From Candidatus Sumerlaeaceae bacterium (GTDB lineage: Bacteria > Sumerlaeota > Sumerlaeia > Sumerlaeales > Sumerlaeaceae): a stretch of 64,000 nucleotides of DNA. The position numbers and the translations under genes were made by a program. The notes under the pieces are model-generated. The model saw nothing but the letters and a program-made list of their open reading frames with translations, was not told the DNA's origin and ran no database searches. Within the stretch, counting starts at the first letter, position 1. Every line of letters starts with the position of its first letter. Location: positions 1-64,000 of the forward strand of contig JBMFRB010000002.1 of the NCBI GenBank assembly GCA_049968255.1. The letters are read 5' to 3'. Shown here piece by piece: positions 26,701 through 35,569 of this stretch.

Positions 26701-28296
26701 TCGCTACCGACCCTTGGCAAGAAGCAGAAGTCAGAAATCATCTTCCTTAAACATCAGACTGCTTCGGAACTGTCCGACCTCATTAGTCGCGTACTTGGAC
26801 TGACCGCGCAAGAACCGACGGCTGGTGGCGGTGCTGGTAAAGGGACGAACCAGGTCACACGCACAGTGAGTGTGAGTGGCGGCACGCCCCAAGAGATAGT
26901 GTTCCGTGACATCCGCATACGCGCTACCAAGATCAACGAAAACGACGCCAACGACAGGAACGATGACAGCGTAGAACTCATCATCAACACACCTACGACA
27001 AGTGAGGAAAGAACCATTGATGAGTACAAAAGTGAATTCATCGACGATTATGAAATCACAGCGTTAGATGTTCGTCCTTCCGGCACTACTGGCCAAGGGA
27101 CCGCGAAGATCCAGATTCGATACAATCCCGTTGGCACGGGCGTGGCAGGCGGAACGACAGGTGGAGGTACGATTGCTGGAGGCTTAGGCTTGCCTGGCCA
27201 GCTTCCTCTTGGTGCAACACCGCCCCCCTCTCCGCCGGATCAGAGGGGACTATCGATCGAGACCATCGATAACATGAATGCGCTCCTCATCCGTTATGAT
27301 GATCCCGCAGACTTTGCTGAGATCAAGAGCTACATCGAACAACTCGACATCCCTGTTTTGCAGGTGAGCATCGAAACCAAGCTCGTCGAGGTCAATGAGA
27401 CCAAAGCAAAGGAGTACATGCCACAGTTCTCAATTCTCAATCTCGGGAAGCAGGGCATAGACTTCGACAACAGCTCACTGAACATGCGTTACGCCCAGGA
27501 CATTGATGAATATCGCAGCATTTTCGATCCGTTCACGGAAGGCCCCGGCAGCGCAGGATTGCTCAAAGGCACAACAGTCTTGAACTTCATATCTCCGGGC
27601 GAAACCCCCGTTGCCTTCACGCTGCGAATGCTCGAGGCTGAAGGGGTGGTCAACGTCGTGAATGGACCGATGATTACCGTCGAAAATGGTGAGACCGCTG
27701 ATTTCGAGATTGAACAGCGCCTCGGGGTGGCCCCGTTCGGCAGCGTCGGCGGTGCTGCAACCACGGGTGGTACCACAACGGGAGGAACCACCACTGGCGG
27801 TACAACCACGGGCGGCACAACAACGGGCGGCACAACAACGACTGGTGGAACGAATACGACTACTAATCAGGCAACCAGCTCTGGCGGTGGCTATTCAATT
27901 CCGACTGTCACACTTTCTGTCTCGCCCACGATCACGCAACTGGGCGAAATTCGTCTGGAGATTTCGAACCTTGAGCTCTATGATCTGGGTGGCGTGGGCG
28001 GATATGTTAATGATCAGACAGATGCCGCTGGAAATGTGATTGGCCGCTCCATTGCGACCGATCCAGGGGCGTTCGATCTGCGACGTCGTTACCTCACGAC
28101 CACGGCCCGCGTTACAGATGGCGGAACGATTGTTCTCGGGGGATGGACGGGAGAGCGCTCACGAAAGGGCGAATCGGGGATTCCCATTCTCCGCAACCTA
28201 CCTTACGTCGGCAAACTGTTCTTCAATCGTACCAGCAACGTCACGGACAAAACCACACTCTTGGTCTTCCTGACATGCCACCTCCAAAAGCCATGA
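23758..28296 (+). CDS. Giant secretin (PilQ/GspD family) with TPRs, a low-complexity linker, an STN-like domain and four N domains
   Basis: Signal peptide from ATG 23758; EQLDIPVLQVSIETKLVEV, P.ITVENGETA, VTDGGTIVLGG, SGIPILRNLPYVGKLF, LLVFLT secretin motifs; ORF open from 23566. Confidence 0.88.
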   Translation: MRRTKHNRVLMGVGLSLICMAAIGAPSSTGVLTESPKAASISASAQSESLYRRAQELFRSRRYDEAKRLFEQVRAQAGDYRQTAFFLSEIQRLKSAPSGEGGQGQTIAPGGGISSSEAVSRLLVEGRRALKEGNLEEARQHFRQVVVLDSGNAEAKRYLDQLDGRDRRDELVPTTARLDLPAKLPVNEGQSPQNNDSSSQNRATVAQQVKKFFSRELEPAQRVSRRDEAQFSASGLAQRSRVEVVGFEQPVIASMREGGIPSVRGEKKATAPQEKASKEKETNLDAIAHNAPMAVASAKAALAHADTAASALPQKNRETSSKDAATRSQAEPKVSEVAKPVATVSELPSQKPTGGAEAVLMAPGTTSALLAQADASSKTAGKTKVDQAVEKKDLKPQEGTQRQDKAEQKSDASARKLKDEQPKTSHQKTESEKDSSSAKATNPKVEADTLVREAQRLLKAGKREEAWATVQKALEKDPANIEAKALAKDLEKQVGQKKESAKQVEDKPVVLPPLQAAEKPAEAKKAEKPAKATPTPAVAKAEQPRAKQVDVAKATKPAQKKEEATVAEASKKPRSEAARPSAVAPAMQRPAPSQDESEKAAQAEAAFQKGLVAYQDGQLDVAVQWWNYALTLVPNHERALQYLQQTRAEYDAWVQKHQANAVELQKEASTNAKLDTPITFDTAGPKSLTEFLSALSLITDISFYIADGVDPDVRITAKFEEVPLRDALDTTLLPIGLKWSQSGEVIAVTPDLKTKFFNLTPDQVARLKTLLESKTLQKILYGPEGVPAVKNVELLLDDRENVLLVTDSQENINKVEAFLKDMQQTGPPALIYKSWKIRPEEGPKIKALVEAIVKVQSDAPYDLERKVVVDGSDLIVKDTPENIKKIEELLLDKNFIKKIENQQLQVATFNLTPREPLSDNIEQVREMAQNIVTVVKTLLYAKSSESAASAEGRRYWYDPNTLQLTIVDYPENLRIVSDYIRSLPTLGKKQKSEIIFLKHQTASELSDLISRVLGLTAQEPTAGGGAGKGTNQVTRTVSVSGGTPQEIVFRDIRIRATKINENDANDRNDDSVELIINTPTTSEERTIDEYKSEFIDDYEITALDVRPSGTTGQGTAKIQIRYNPVGTGVAGGTTGGGTIAGGLGLPGQLPLGATPPPSPPDQRGLSIETIDNMNALLIRYDDPADFAEIKSYIEQLDIPVLQVSIETKLVEVNETKAKEYMPQFSILNLGKQGIDFDNSSLNMRYAQDIDEYRSIFDPFTEGPGSAGLLKGTTVLNFISPGETPVAFTLRMLEAEGVVNVVNGPMITVENGETADFEIEQRLGVAPFGSVGGAATTGGTTTGGTTTGGTTTGGTTTGGTTTTGGTNTTTNQATSSGGGYSIPTVTLSVSPTITQLGEIRLEISNLELYDLGGVGGYVNDQTDAAGNVIGRSIATDPGAFDLRRRYLTTTARVTDGGTIVLGGWTGERSRKGESGIPILRNLPYVGKLFFNRTSNVTDKTTLLVFLTCHLQKP
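27766..27852 (+). repeat. Coding tandem repeat (Gly-Gly-Thr-Thr-Thr)x5 plus a partial unit, inside the secretin
   Basis: 15-bp units with synonymous differences (ggtggtaccacaacg, ggaggaaccaccact, ggcggtacaaccacg, ggcggcacaacaacg x2). Confidence 0.9.
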
Positions 28297-28319
28297 GCTA
28301 ATAGTTCCTGAAGGACGAC

Positions 28320-28361
28320 AGGGTCTCTCGCCCATGGGCGAAAGACCCTCTTTCTTTTTTT
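28320..28361 (+). terminator. Intrinsic terminator of the pilMN-secretin operon
   Basis: agggtct-c-tcgcc..ggcga-a-agaccct stem followed by ctttcttttttt. Confidence 0.8.
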
Positions 28362-28812
28362 AGTTCGCCTTCTTGTGGGGGATCACCTCCCGCAACATTA
28401 TCCTCATTCGCAGGTGGCACGACAAGAGGAAGAGGGAGAAGAATGCCCCCGCCACGAGGGGAGACGGGGGAATCCGGGAGCAGAGAAGATTTCAGGACTC
28501 ACGGCCCGCGGCTGTAGCTTTCGTCCCGGGCAGCAGCTTGCAAAAGAGATGCAACTCCTTCAAAAAACTGGCAACCGGAGTGGAGAGAGCGACGAGGCAA
28601 CTGAAAAAACGAAGAAGATTTTTATGCGCGAACGCCCCCGTCGCCACTTCTCGCCAGTCTAGCTAAAGCTCCGCAAACGCGAAAAGCTTTGTCGAGCCGT
28701 GCAATGACAAAGCTTGACCGGTCATACATAGACCAGACACACCTTCTCTGCCGGATTTCCCGCTGACTCTCGAGCCAGACAGCTAAACCACCCCACTTGT
28801 GTTGTGGTCGGG

Positions 28813-29382
28813 CTAGAATTCCAACTCGACCGCTTTCACGAATAAGCTGGGGCGAACATTTCCGCCCGCCGGATCAACCGCATCGTAGTGAACAACGAAA
28901 GAGACTGTTCCCGCAGGCACGTTGCTCAAGAGATACTTCTTGGCCACTTGCCCTTTGACCACAACTGAATCAAGCGTCTGCCACTTGCGTCCTGCGGGGT
29001 CGTACGTAGCCACTTTAGCGTGGGGGTAATAGCCGTCTTTGTTGTCGCCTTCCAAGACAAATTTGATCGCTTTGGGCGGCTTGTCTGCCTTGAGTTCGCC
29101 TTTGACAGCAGCAAAGTGCATAATCCGCAGCACAGATCCACTGACGATCTTGCATGCGTCGCTAAGCTCGTAGCTCTCCGCAGTAGCTTTAGGTCCCAAT
29201 TTCTTCTGCTTCGGCGTCGGGCTTGCAGCGGTCGTTTTGGTAGCCGGTTTTGATTGCGATGTCTTTTGCACAACTGGAGCTTTTGCTTTTTGCTCCTTAG
29301 GAGTCCCACCCGACTCGGTGTTTTGTTGGCTTTGACAGCCAAAAAGAGCAAGCCCGACGGCGGCAGCTACTACTCGTTTCAT
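28813..29382 (-). CDS. Hypothetical lipoprotein
   Basis: MKR..LALFGC lipobox, AAGGA RBS, Lys/Thr-rich linker then beta-rich domain. Confidence 0.75.
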   Translation of the reverse strand: MKRVVAAAVGLALFGCQSQQNTESGGTPKEQKAKAPVVQKTSQSKPATKTTAASPTPKQKKLGPKATAESYELSDACKIVSGSVLRIMHFAAVKGELKADKPPKAIKFVLEGDNKDGYYPHAKVATYDPAGRKWQTLDSVVVKGQVAKKYLLSNVPAGTVSFVVHYDAVDPAGGNVRPSLFVKAVELEF

Positions 29383-29563
29383 TGACTATCCATCCTTCCT
29401 TTCGAGAATCACTGATAACGACGTGAACCCCTTGTCCAATCATGTCAAATACTTAGATTACGACGCTCTGCCTGTTCTTTAGGTTTGCTGGCATACTCCG
29501 AAATTGACCCCCGAAAAGTATTGTACATCTTCGCGAGGGCTGGTTCCTGAATTAGGGAACTCT

Positions 29564-31321
29564 ATGAGAAAAATCCGTGAGCAAGCCGTAGGCAAGCTGA
29601 CAGCGAAAAGACGGTTCCGCCGCCTTCGCGTGCTTTACCGCATTGCTGATCTCATTAATTCCACGACTGATGAAAAAAAGATTTTGCGTCGTATTCTCTC
29701 TGCGACGGTCCGTGAGTTGGACGCCACCAGTGGCAGTCTCTCGCTTGTGGATGGTGACCCGCCGGAGAGTCTGCGGGTCGTTGTTGCCCTTGGTGAGAGC
29801 TCTCATAACGTCCGCGATTTGCACCTGCGTGTGGGCCAGGGTGTGGTTGGAAAAGTTGTTGAACTTGGTCGTCCCATTCGCGTCGAAGACGTATCCCAAT
29901 CCGACTTTTATCTTCCCCTTCGTCCGGAAGTTCGATCCGAGCTTGCAGCCCCCTTATTCATCAATGGCAAGACCGCCGGCGTCATCAACGTGGATAGTGA
30001 TCGTCTTGCGGCATTTTCAGCTGAAGACGAAAGATTGCTCGTTGCGATCGCTCATCAGGCGGCCAAGGTCATCCAAACCTCGCGACTCTACGAACAGCTT
30101 TCCACCCAAGCGCAGCGATTGGAGGCGCTCATTCAAGCGGGGCAAGCCCTTATTGCGCCGGAGCCGCTACCGGAAGTCCTCCAACGAATCACGCGTACTG
30201 TGCAGAGCATGCTCGACACCCGCCTTTGTTCCATTATGCTCCTCAACGAGAAGGGCGAGCTCATCATCGGTGCAGTTGCCGGTGGAGGCCAGTATTATAC
30301 CCAACGTCCAACTCTTTCGGTCACGGATTCACTTATTGGCGAAGTGGTCGTGCGGGCCGCGCCCCTTCAGGTCTTTGATGTGCGTCGGGCTAAGGGCTAT
30401 CGTAGCCGTTCCATGGCGCGAAAGGAACAGCTTGTTTCGCTTTTATCAGTCCCTATTCTTTTCCACCAAAGGCCCATTGGTATCATTAATATCTATAGTT
30501 CAAAGCCGCGCCGTTTCACGGATGACGAAATTCGGCTGCTCGATGCATTTGCGTCACTTTGTGCCATTGCGATTGAAAATGCCCGCCGATATGAGTCGCT
30601 TGTCCGTGCAGAAGAAACCCTGCGCCAGGCGGATCGCCTGACAACCTTAGGCGTGCTCAGTGCTGAGATTGCCCACGAAATTCGCAACCCTGTCTCCGTG
30701 ATTTCCATGCTTGTTCACTCACTTATGGAGGACGGCGCTGTTGCGCCAGAACGACGTCAAGACTTGGCTATTATTGCAGACAAGCTCCAACGCATCTCGC
30801 GCATTGTTGGCCAAGTGCTGAATTTTTCCAAGCAGCAGGCTCTGCGATACGAATGGGTCCGCACCGAGGAAATTATTTCGGACCTATTCTTTCTCCTGAG
30901 CCACACTTTTTCTGTGAGATCTATTCGTCCTCGTCTGAGGGCAGCGAAAGATCTGCCTGCCGTTTTCATCGATCGGGGACATTTCGAACAAGTTCTAATG
31001 AACCTTTTCCTTAATGCTATCCAGGCTATGCCTAACGGGGGAGTCCTGGACGTCGCTGCACGCGTGGTGCGCCGAGCACACTCACCTGAGCTCCAGATAT
31101 GTGTGTCCGATAGTGGCAGGGGAATCGCCCCGGAAATTATTGAGCATGTCTTTGACCCATTTGTAACGTCGCGCAAAGAAGGCATCGGCCTCGGCCTCTT
31201 CATTTCACAGAAGCTGATGACACGGTTTGGCGGCCGAATTGAGGTGACAAAGACAGGTCCGGACGGCACTACCCTCACGGTCTCAATCCCATTGGAGGCA
31301 ACACACACGGAACATGAGTGA
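29564..31321 (+). CDS. Cytoplasmic GAF-GAF sensor histidine kinase
   Basis: Two GAF motifs (RSELAAPL..GVINVDS; SLLSVPI..GIINIYS), H-box IAHEIRNP, DSGRGI, GIGLGL. Confidence 0.92.
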   Translation: MRKIREQAVGKLTAKRRFRRLRVLYRIADLINSTTDEKKILRRILSATVRELDATSGSLSLVDGDPPESLRVVVALGESSHNVRDLHLRVGQGVVGKVVELGRPIRVEDVSQSDFYLPLRPEVRSELAAPLFINGKTAGVINVDSDRLAAFSAEDERLLVAIAHQAAKVIQTSRLYEQLSTQAQRLEALIQAGQALIAPEPLPEVLQRITRTVQSMLDTRLCSIMLLNEKGELIIGAVAGGGQYYTQRPTLSVTDSLIGEVVVRAAPLQVFDVRRAKGYRSRSMARKEQLVSLLSVPILFHQRPIGIINIYSSKPRRFTDDEIRLLDAFASLCAIAIENARRYESLVRAEETLRQADRLTTLGVLSAEIAHEIRNPVSVISMLVHSLMEDGAVAPERRQDLAIIADKLQRISRIVGQVLNFSKQQALRYEWVRTEEIISDLFFLLSHTFSVRSIRPRLRAAKDLPAVFIDRGHFEQVLMNLFLNAIQAMPNGGVLDVAARVVRRAHSPELQICVSDSGRGIAPEIIEHVFDPFVTSRKEGIGLGLFISQKLMTRFGGRIEVTKTGPDGTTLTVSIPLEATHTEHE

Positions 31322-32795
31322 TCTCAGACCCACATTGCTTGTGGTGGACGACGAGCCGGATGTTATCTATTCGTTTCGCCGGCTTTTCGAAAAAGAATAC
31401 TCCATGATCGAAGCACACAGCGGAGAAGAGGCTGTGCAACTGGTTCAGGGGCACGACCCCGACGTCGTTGTCATGGACGTCCGCATGCAAGGGATGGACG
31501 GTGTTGAAGCACTGCGCCGCATTCGTCAAGTGAGCCCGCGTACCATCATCGTTCTGATGACGGCCTACGGTACAACGCAAAGCACAATCGAAGCAATGCG
31601 GCTCGGAGCTTTCGATTATATTCTGAAACCGTTCGACATCACTCAGATGCGCGAAGTTCTTGCCAAGGCCTCCAGAGCCGCAGCTGACATGCGGCGAACC
31701 GTAAGCTATCCCTCCGGTGGCGAGGGGACCGATATTGCCGAAGAAGAAATTATTGGCCTGAGCGCCCCGATGCAGGAAGTTTATAAACTCGTTGGGCGCG
31801 TGGCGGACAGCGACCTACCTGTTCTTATCGCGGGGGAGAGTGGCACGGGAAAAGAGCTTGTTGCTCGAGCAATTTATCAGCACAGTCGCCGAAAGAACAA
31901 ACCATTCCTAGCCATAAACTGTGCAGCCATCCCCGAGCAGCTCCTTGAAAGCGAGCTTTTTGGTTACGAGCGAGGCGCCTTCACGGGCGCTTCCGTGCCA
32001 AAGCCCGGAAAACTCGAAATCTGCCACGGCGGCACAATTTTTCTTGACGAAATCGGCGAAATCCCCCTGACCACGCAGAAAAAATTACTTCGAGTCCTTG
32101 AGACCGGCGAGATCGAAAAGGTTGGGAGCACTCGAGGCATTCGGGTGGACGTCCGTATTATTGCCGCCACGAACCAAGATTTAGAATCACTCATTGCCCA
32201 GAACCTTTTCCGTGCCGATCTTTACTATCGTCTGCGCGTAGTAGAAATCCGCATGCCACCCTTGCGAGAGAGACGCGAGGACATCGTCCCCCTCGTGGAT
32301 TACTTTGTTACGCGGGTAGCCCGTCAGCTCAGACGTGAGAAACCTGAGTTTACCCGCGACGCGTTGGAGCTACTTCACAATTATTCGTGGCCCGGCAACG
32401 TTCGAGAGCTAGAAAACTTGATAAAAAATTGTTTCGTCCGTATCCCCACGAACCTTATTCGTGCAAGCGATCTTGCTGGACTACTCACACAGCCAATTGC
32501 ACCGGCCGCGTCTCATACCAAAGCCGAGCATGTGGTGCGAAGCGCAAGAAAATGCGCAACCGTCTGCGACGAGGCAACGATTCGTGCTCTCTTCGAACAG
32601 ATTCTTGCTTCGCAGCCGCTTCCGCCAGGGTTCGATGCCTTCGATCTCATTGAGCAACAACTTTTGAAGCTCGCGCTCATCCACTGCCACGGTAACAAGT
32701 CGCGAGCTGCGCGGCTGTTAGGGATTAGCCGAAATACAGTCCGCAAGCGTGTGAAAAAGTATGGTCTCACGGAATTGACGGATGGCGAGGCATGA
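31314..32795 (+). CDS. Sigma-54-dependent response regulator (NtrC family)
   Basis: Receiver domain, GESGTGKE, GAFTGA, FLDEIG, WPGNVREL, Fis-type HTH. Confidence 0.95.
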   Translation: MSDLRPTLLVVDDEPDVIYSFRRLFEKEYSMIEAHSGEEAVQLVQGHDPDVVVMDVRMQGMDGVEALRRIRQVSPRTIIVLMTAYGTTQSTIEAMRLGAFDYILKPFDITQMREVLAKASRAAADMRRTVSYPSGGEGTDIAEEEIIGLSAPMQEVYKLVGRVADSDLPVLIAGESGTGKELVARAIYQHSRRKNKPFLAINCAAIPEQLLESELFGYERGAFTGASVPKPGKLEICHGGTIFLDEIGEIPLTTQKKLLRVLETGEIEKVGSTRGIRVDVRIIAATNQDLESLIAQNLFRADLYYRLRVVEIRMPPLRERREDIVPLVDYFVTRVARQLRREKPEFTRDALELLHNYSWPGNVRELENLIKNCFVRIPTNLIRASDLAGLLTQPIAPAASHTKAEHVVRSARKCATVCDEATIRALFEQILASQPLPPGFDAFDLIEQQLLKLALIHCHGNKSRAARLLGISRNTVRKRVKKYGLTELTDGEA

Positions 32796-34000
32796 GTGGT
32801 GCCGAACTGAACGATCGCATCGAATCAGACTTTGCAGAAAACCTGTGCGGTGCACGCATTTTCGTCGTGGCCAACGCCTTGGAAGCTGACGCGCCGACCC
32901 GTCTACTTCTGGCGATAGCGGCTCGGTTGCGAGAGTTAGGTGGCGACTGCCACTTTTTTGCCTGGTCACGCGGCGGTGTGCTCGCCTCTGAAATCACGCA
33001 AGCTCTCGGCAAAACCCCGTTGGTCCTTCGTAGCCCAAATGGTGGCGACGTAGGGGCAATGCGTAGTTTCGCTGCGACTCTTGCAAGAGAGAAACCGCAA
33101 GTTGTCCATGCAATTCTCACACGTCCAGGAATAGTCGTACCCCCAATAACTAAGTTGGTGTCGACAACAAAAGTTGTGTTGACCCAGCACGGCACACACG
33201 AATGGAGCGAGTGTCGCCCCATCCCTGCTTCTCTCGTTCGTCGGGCATTTTGTTTTTCAGCCATGTTCGCCGATGCCATCGTTGCTGTATCTCGCTCTGT
33301 CGCGCAGGAGCTCACACGGGGCATTCCACGAGTAGCCAACAAAATCGTTGTGATTCCAAATGGAGTGGACACGCGGAAGTTTAGTCCGGAAAAACGTCAG
33401 CAGAGAGCCCTGGTGAGGGCCCGCTTGTTCGGGGGAAACGCTCACGATGAGTTCTTTTTAGTAGGGGGTGCGGGAAACCTGCGTCCCATTAAAGGCTATG
33501 ACGTTTTAGTGAAAGCCGCCCGCCTGCTCAAGCATCGCGCGAATTTGCGTTTTGTTGTGTGGGGCGACGGCGAGCAGCGTCAGGCTCTCGAAGAACTCCT
33601 TCGGACGTTCGAGCTTCAAGACCGCTTTTTGTTGCCAGGTTGGACAGAAGATATAGCGGCGTGCATGGCGGCCTGTGATTGTTTCGTGCAGCCATCGCGT
33701 GGGGAATCCTTTGGCCTTGCGGCGGCGGAGGCGATGGCCTGTGGCGTGCCTGTCATCGCGAGCGATGTCGGAGGGCTTGCCGAGCTAATCCAGGACGGGG
33801 TGACGGGATTGTTGGTGCCGCCCGAAGCTCCGCGCGCACTGGCCCTGACCCTAGACTACGTCATCGACCGACCACATTTGCGCGAATTGATGGGGCGAGC
33901 CGCCCGCCAGAGAATCTGCGCATGCTTTTCCATGGAGCGCATGCAGCACGAGCACTTGCAACTTTACGCTACACTGCTTCAAAAAAAATCCAATGAGTAA
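32792..34000 (+). CDS. Glycosyltransferase family 4
   Basis: VIPNGVD, GNLRPIKG, PSRGESFGLAAAEAMACG; ATGA overlap with the regulator. Confidence 0.9.
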   Translation: MSGAELNDRIESDFAENLCGARIFVVANALEADAPTRLLLAIAARLRELGGDCHFFAWSRGGVLASEITQALGKTPLVLRSPNGGDVGAMRSFAATLAREKPQVVHAILTRPGIVVPPITKLVSTTKVVLTQHGTHEWSECRPIPASLVRRAFCFSAMFADAIVAVSRSVAQELTRGIPRVANKIVVIPNGVDTRKFSPEKRQQRALVRARLFGGNAHDEFFLVGGAGNLRPIKGYDVLVKAARLLKHRANLRFVVWGDGEQRQALEELLRTFELQDRFLLPGWTEDIAACMAACDCFVQPSRGESFGLAAAEAMACGVPVIASDVGGLAELIQDGVTGLLVPPEAPRALALTLDYVIDRPHLRELMGRAARQRICACFSMERMQHEHLQLYATLLQKKSNE

Positions 34001-34994
34001 GTTCGTTGTGCGAGAGATTGAAAACCACGAGCGAGACACGTGGGATGAATTTGTTATGCGTTCGCGCCAGGGCACGCTCTTCCACACTTCGGGCTGGTGT
34101 GAAACTCTGCGGCGAGCGCTAGCTCCTGCAGAACCTGTTATTCTTGGATGTTTCGAAGGAAGCGACCTTGTTGGGGGATGCGTTTTCCTTGAGCGCGAAC
34201 GGTTCGGTATGCGCACCGCCGTGACACCTCTCCTCACTCCCTATTCGGGATTTCTTTCGGAACCTCCGCTTGCTGAGAAATTGTCGGACAATGTTTCCCG
34301 TGAGCACGCCATACTCGAAGCCTTGTGTGCGTATCTTCTCGACAGCTATACCTATCTGAACCTGGTTCTGGCACCCCACTTAGAAGATATTCGGCCTTTG
34401 CAGCAAGCGGGCTTCAATATTAGTCCGCGGTTCACTTACTACCTGAACATGCGTCTTTCGGCGGAGGAACACTGGCGGCGCTTCGACGGTAGCGCGCGTC
34501 GGCAAATAAAAAAAGCCGAGCGACAGCAATGGGAGCTTTCCTCACGCTTGCCCCTCGACCTAGCTTACGAGCTTTTTGCCGGCAATTTTGCCCGTCGCGG
34601 CGAATCGTGTCCGGTTAGCTACGACCTGTTCATCGCGGCGGCAGAACACCGTGGACCAGATCGCCTGCGTGAGGTGTTTGCGGTGTGGCACGGAGAACGG
34701 CTCGCAGGCTTTGTCGTGGTGCTCGGCTATAACCGCACCCTCTACTACGCACTCGCAGCTCATGATGCCGAGTATCTTTCGCACGGAGTCAGTTCGTTTC
34801 TGGTATGGGAAATCATCAAACGTTATTCGGGGGTCGAATGGTTTACCTTTGATTTCGTCGGCGCCAACATCCCCTCTATCGCGCGTTTCAAAGAAAACTT
34901 CAATCCTCGCCTTCAGCTCTATTTTCAAGTGGAGCACTATGGCTCATCGTTTCTAAAACTTGGGAAAGGGCTTCTCGACCGCGTACGCTCGTGA
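33993..34994 (+). CDS. FemAB-like tandem GNAT acyltransferase
   Basis: WDEFV..TLFH..W, RRQIKKA, FDFVGAN.PSIARFK.NFNP pattern. Confidence 0.8.
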   Translation: MSKFVVREIENHERDTWDEFVMRSRQGTLFHTSGWCETLRRALAPAEPVILGCFEGSDLVGGCVFLERERFGMRTAVTPLLTPYSGFLSEPPLAEKLSDNVSREHAILEALCAYLLDSYTYLNLVLAPHLEDIRPLQQAGFNISPRFTYYLNMRLSAEEHWRRFDGSARRQIKKAERQQWELSSRLPLDLAYELFAGNFARRGESCPVSYDLFIAAAEHRGPDRLREVFAVWHGERLAGFVVVLGYNRTLYYALAAHDAEYLSHGVSSFLVWEIIKRYSGVEWFTFDFVGANIPSIARFKENFNPRLQLYFQVEHYGSSFLKLGKGLLDRVRS

Positions 34995-35523
34995 CTGTCT
35001 CAGGCGATAATTGTCTAATAAGCTTTGCTGGATTTCCTGCAATGACGCAGTACCCCTCGGGAAAACTTTCGGTGACCACGCTCCCGGCACCGACAATCGT
35101 ATGGTCACCAAGCTGAACTCCAGGCAACACAACCGAATTCATTCCCACCCAACAGAAGTTTCCGATCCGAATCGGCGGTGCAGGAATGTGCTTGTTGAGG
35201 TCGGAGGGATCGTGATTGGCGCTGATCAGCCCTACGTTCGGCGCAAAAATGCTGTAATCGCCGATCTCGATTCCATTGATGGCTTGGATATAGCACCCTG
35301 GCATATCACCAGGATACGAGCCTTTCCCCAGTATGACCCGTTCCGGACAGACCACACGCGACGTAAAGTGCACGGGCCACGGGACTTTGGAGTTGATCCG
35401 AAAAACATGTTTGAAAAACAGGTACTGAAGATACGATCCCGTGTCGACGAGTTCCGGAATGCCTAGCACACGGCGCAGGGTTTGCCTGATTTTTCGACCC
35501 AATTGATCCTGCTTTGGTCTCAT
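34900..35523 (-). CDS. Hexapeptide-repeat sugar O-acetyltransferase
   Basis: GIEIGD..IFAPNVGLISANH, IRIGNFCWVG..SVVLPGV.LGD..IVGAGSVVT, IAGNPAK; start trimmed to MRPKQ. Confidence 0.88.
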   Translation of the reverse strand: MRPKQDQLGRKIRQTLRRVLGIPELVDTGSYLQYLFFKHVFRINSKVPWPVHFTSRVVCPERVILGKGSYPGDMPGCYIQAINGIEIGDYSIFAPNVGLISANHDPSDLNKHIPAPPIRIGNFCWVGMNSVVLPGVQLGDHTIVGAGSVVTESFPEGYCVIAGNPAKLIRQLSPETVTSVRGREALSQVLETMSHSAPLENRAEGED

Positions 35524-35569
35524 AGTCTTTTTTCCGAAGGCTGCTCGTAAATGGTTTTGGTACTTGTTT

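Noticed and set aside
27766-27852. CRISPR array or phase-variable VNTR
   Set aside because: No spacers; the units are in-frame 15-mers with synonymous divergence inside a CDS
28373-28666. Two overlapping ~95-aa plus-strand ORFs
   Set aside because: TTG/GTG starts directly after a terminator, no clear RBS, no recognisable motif
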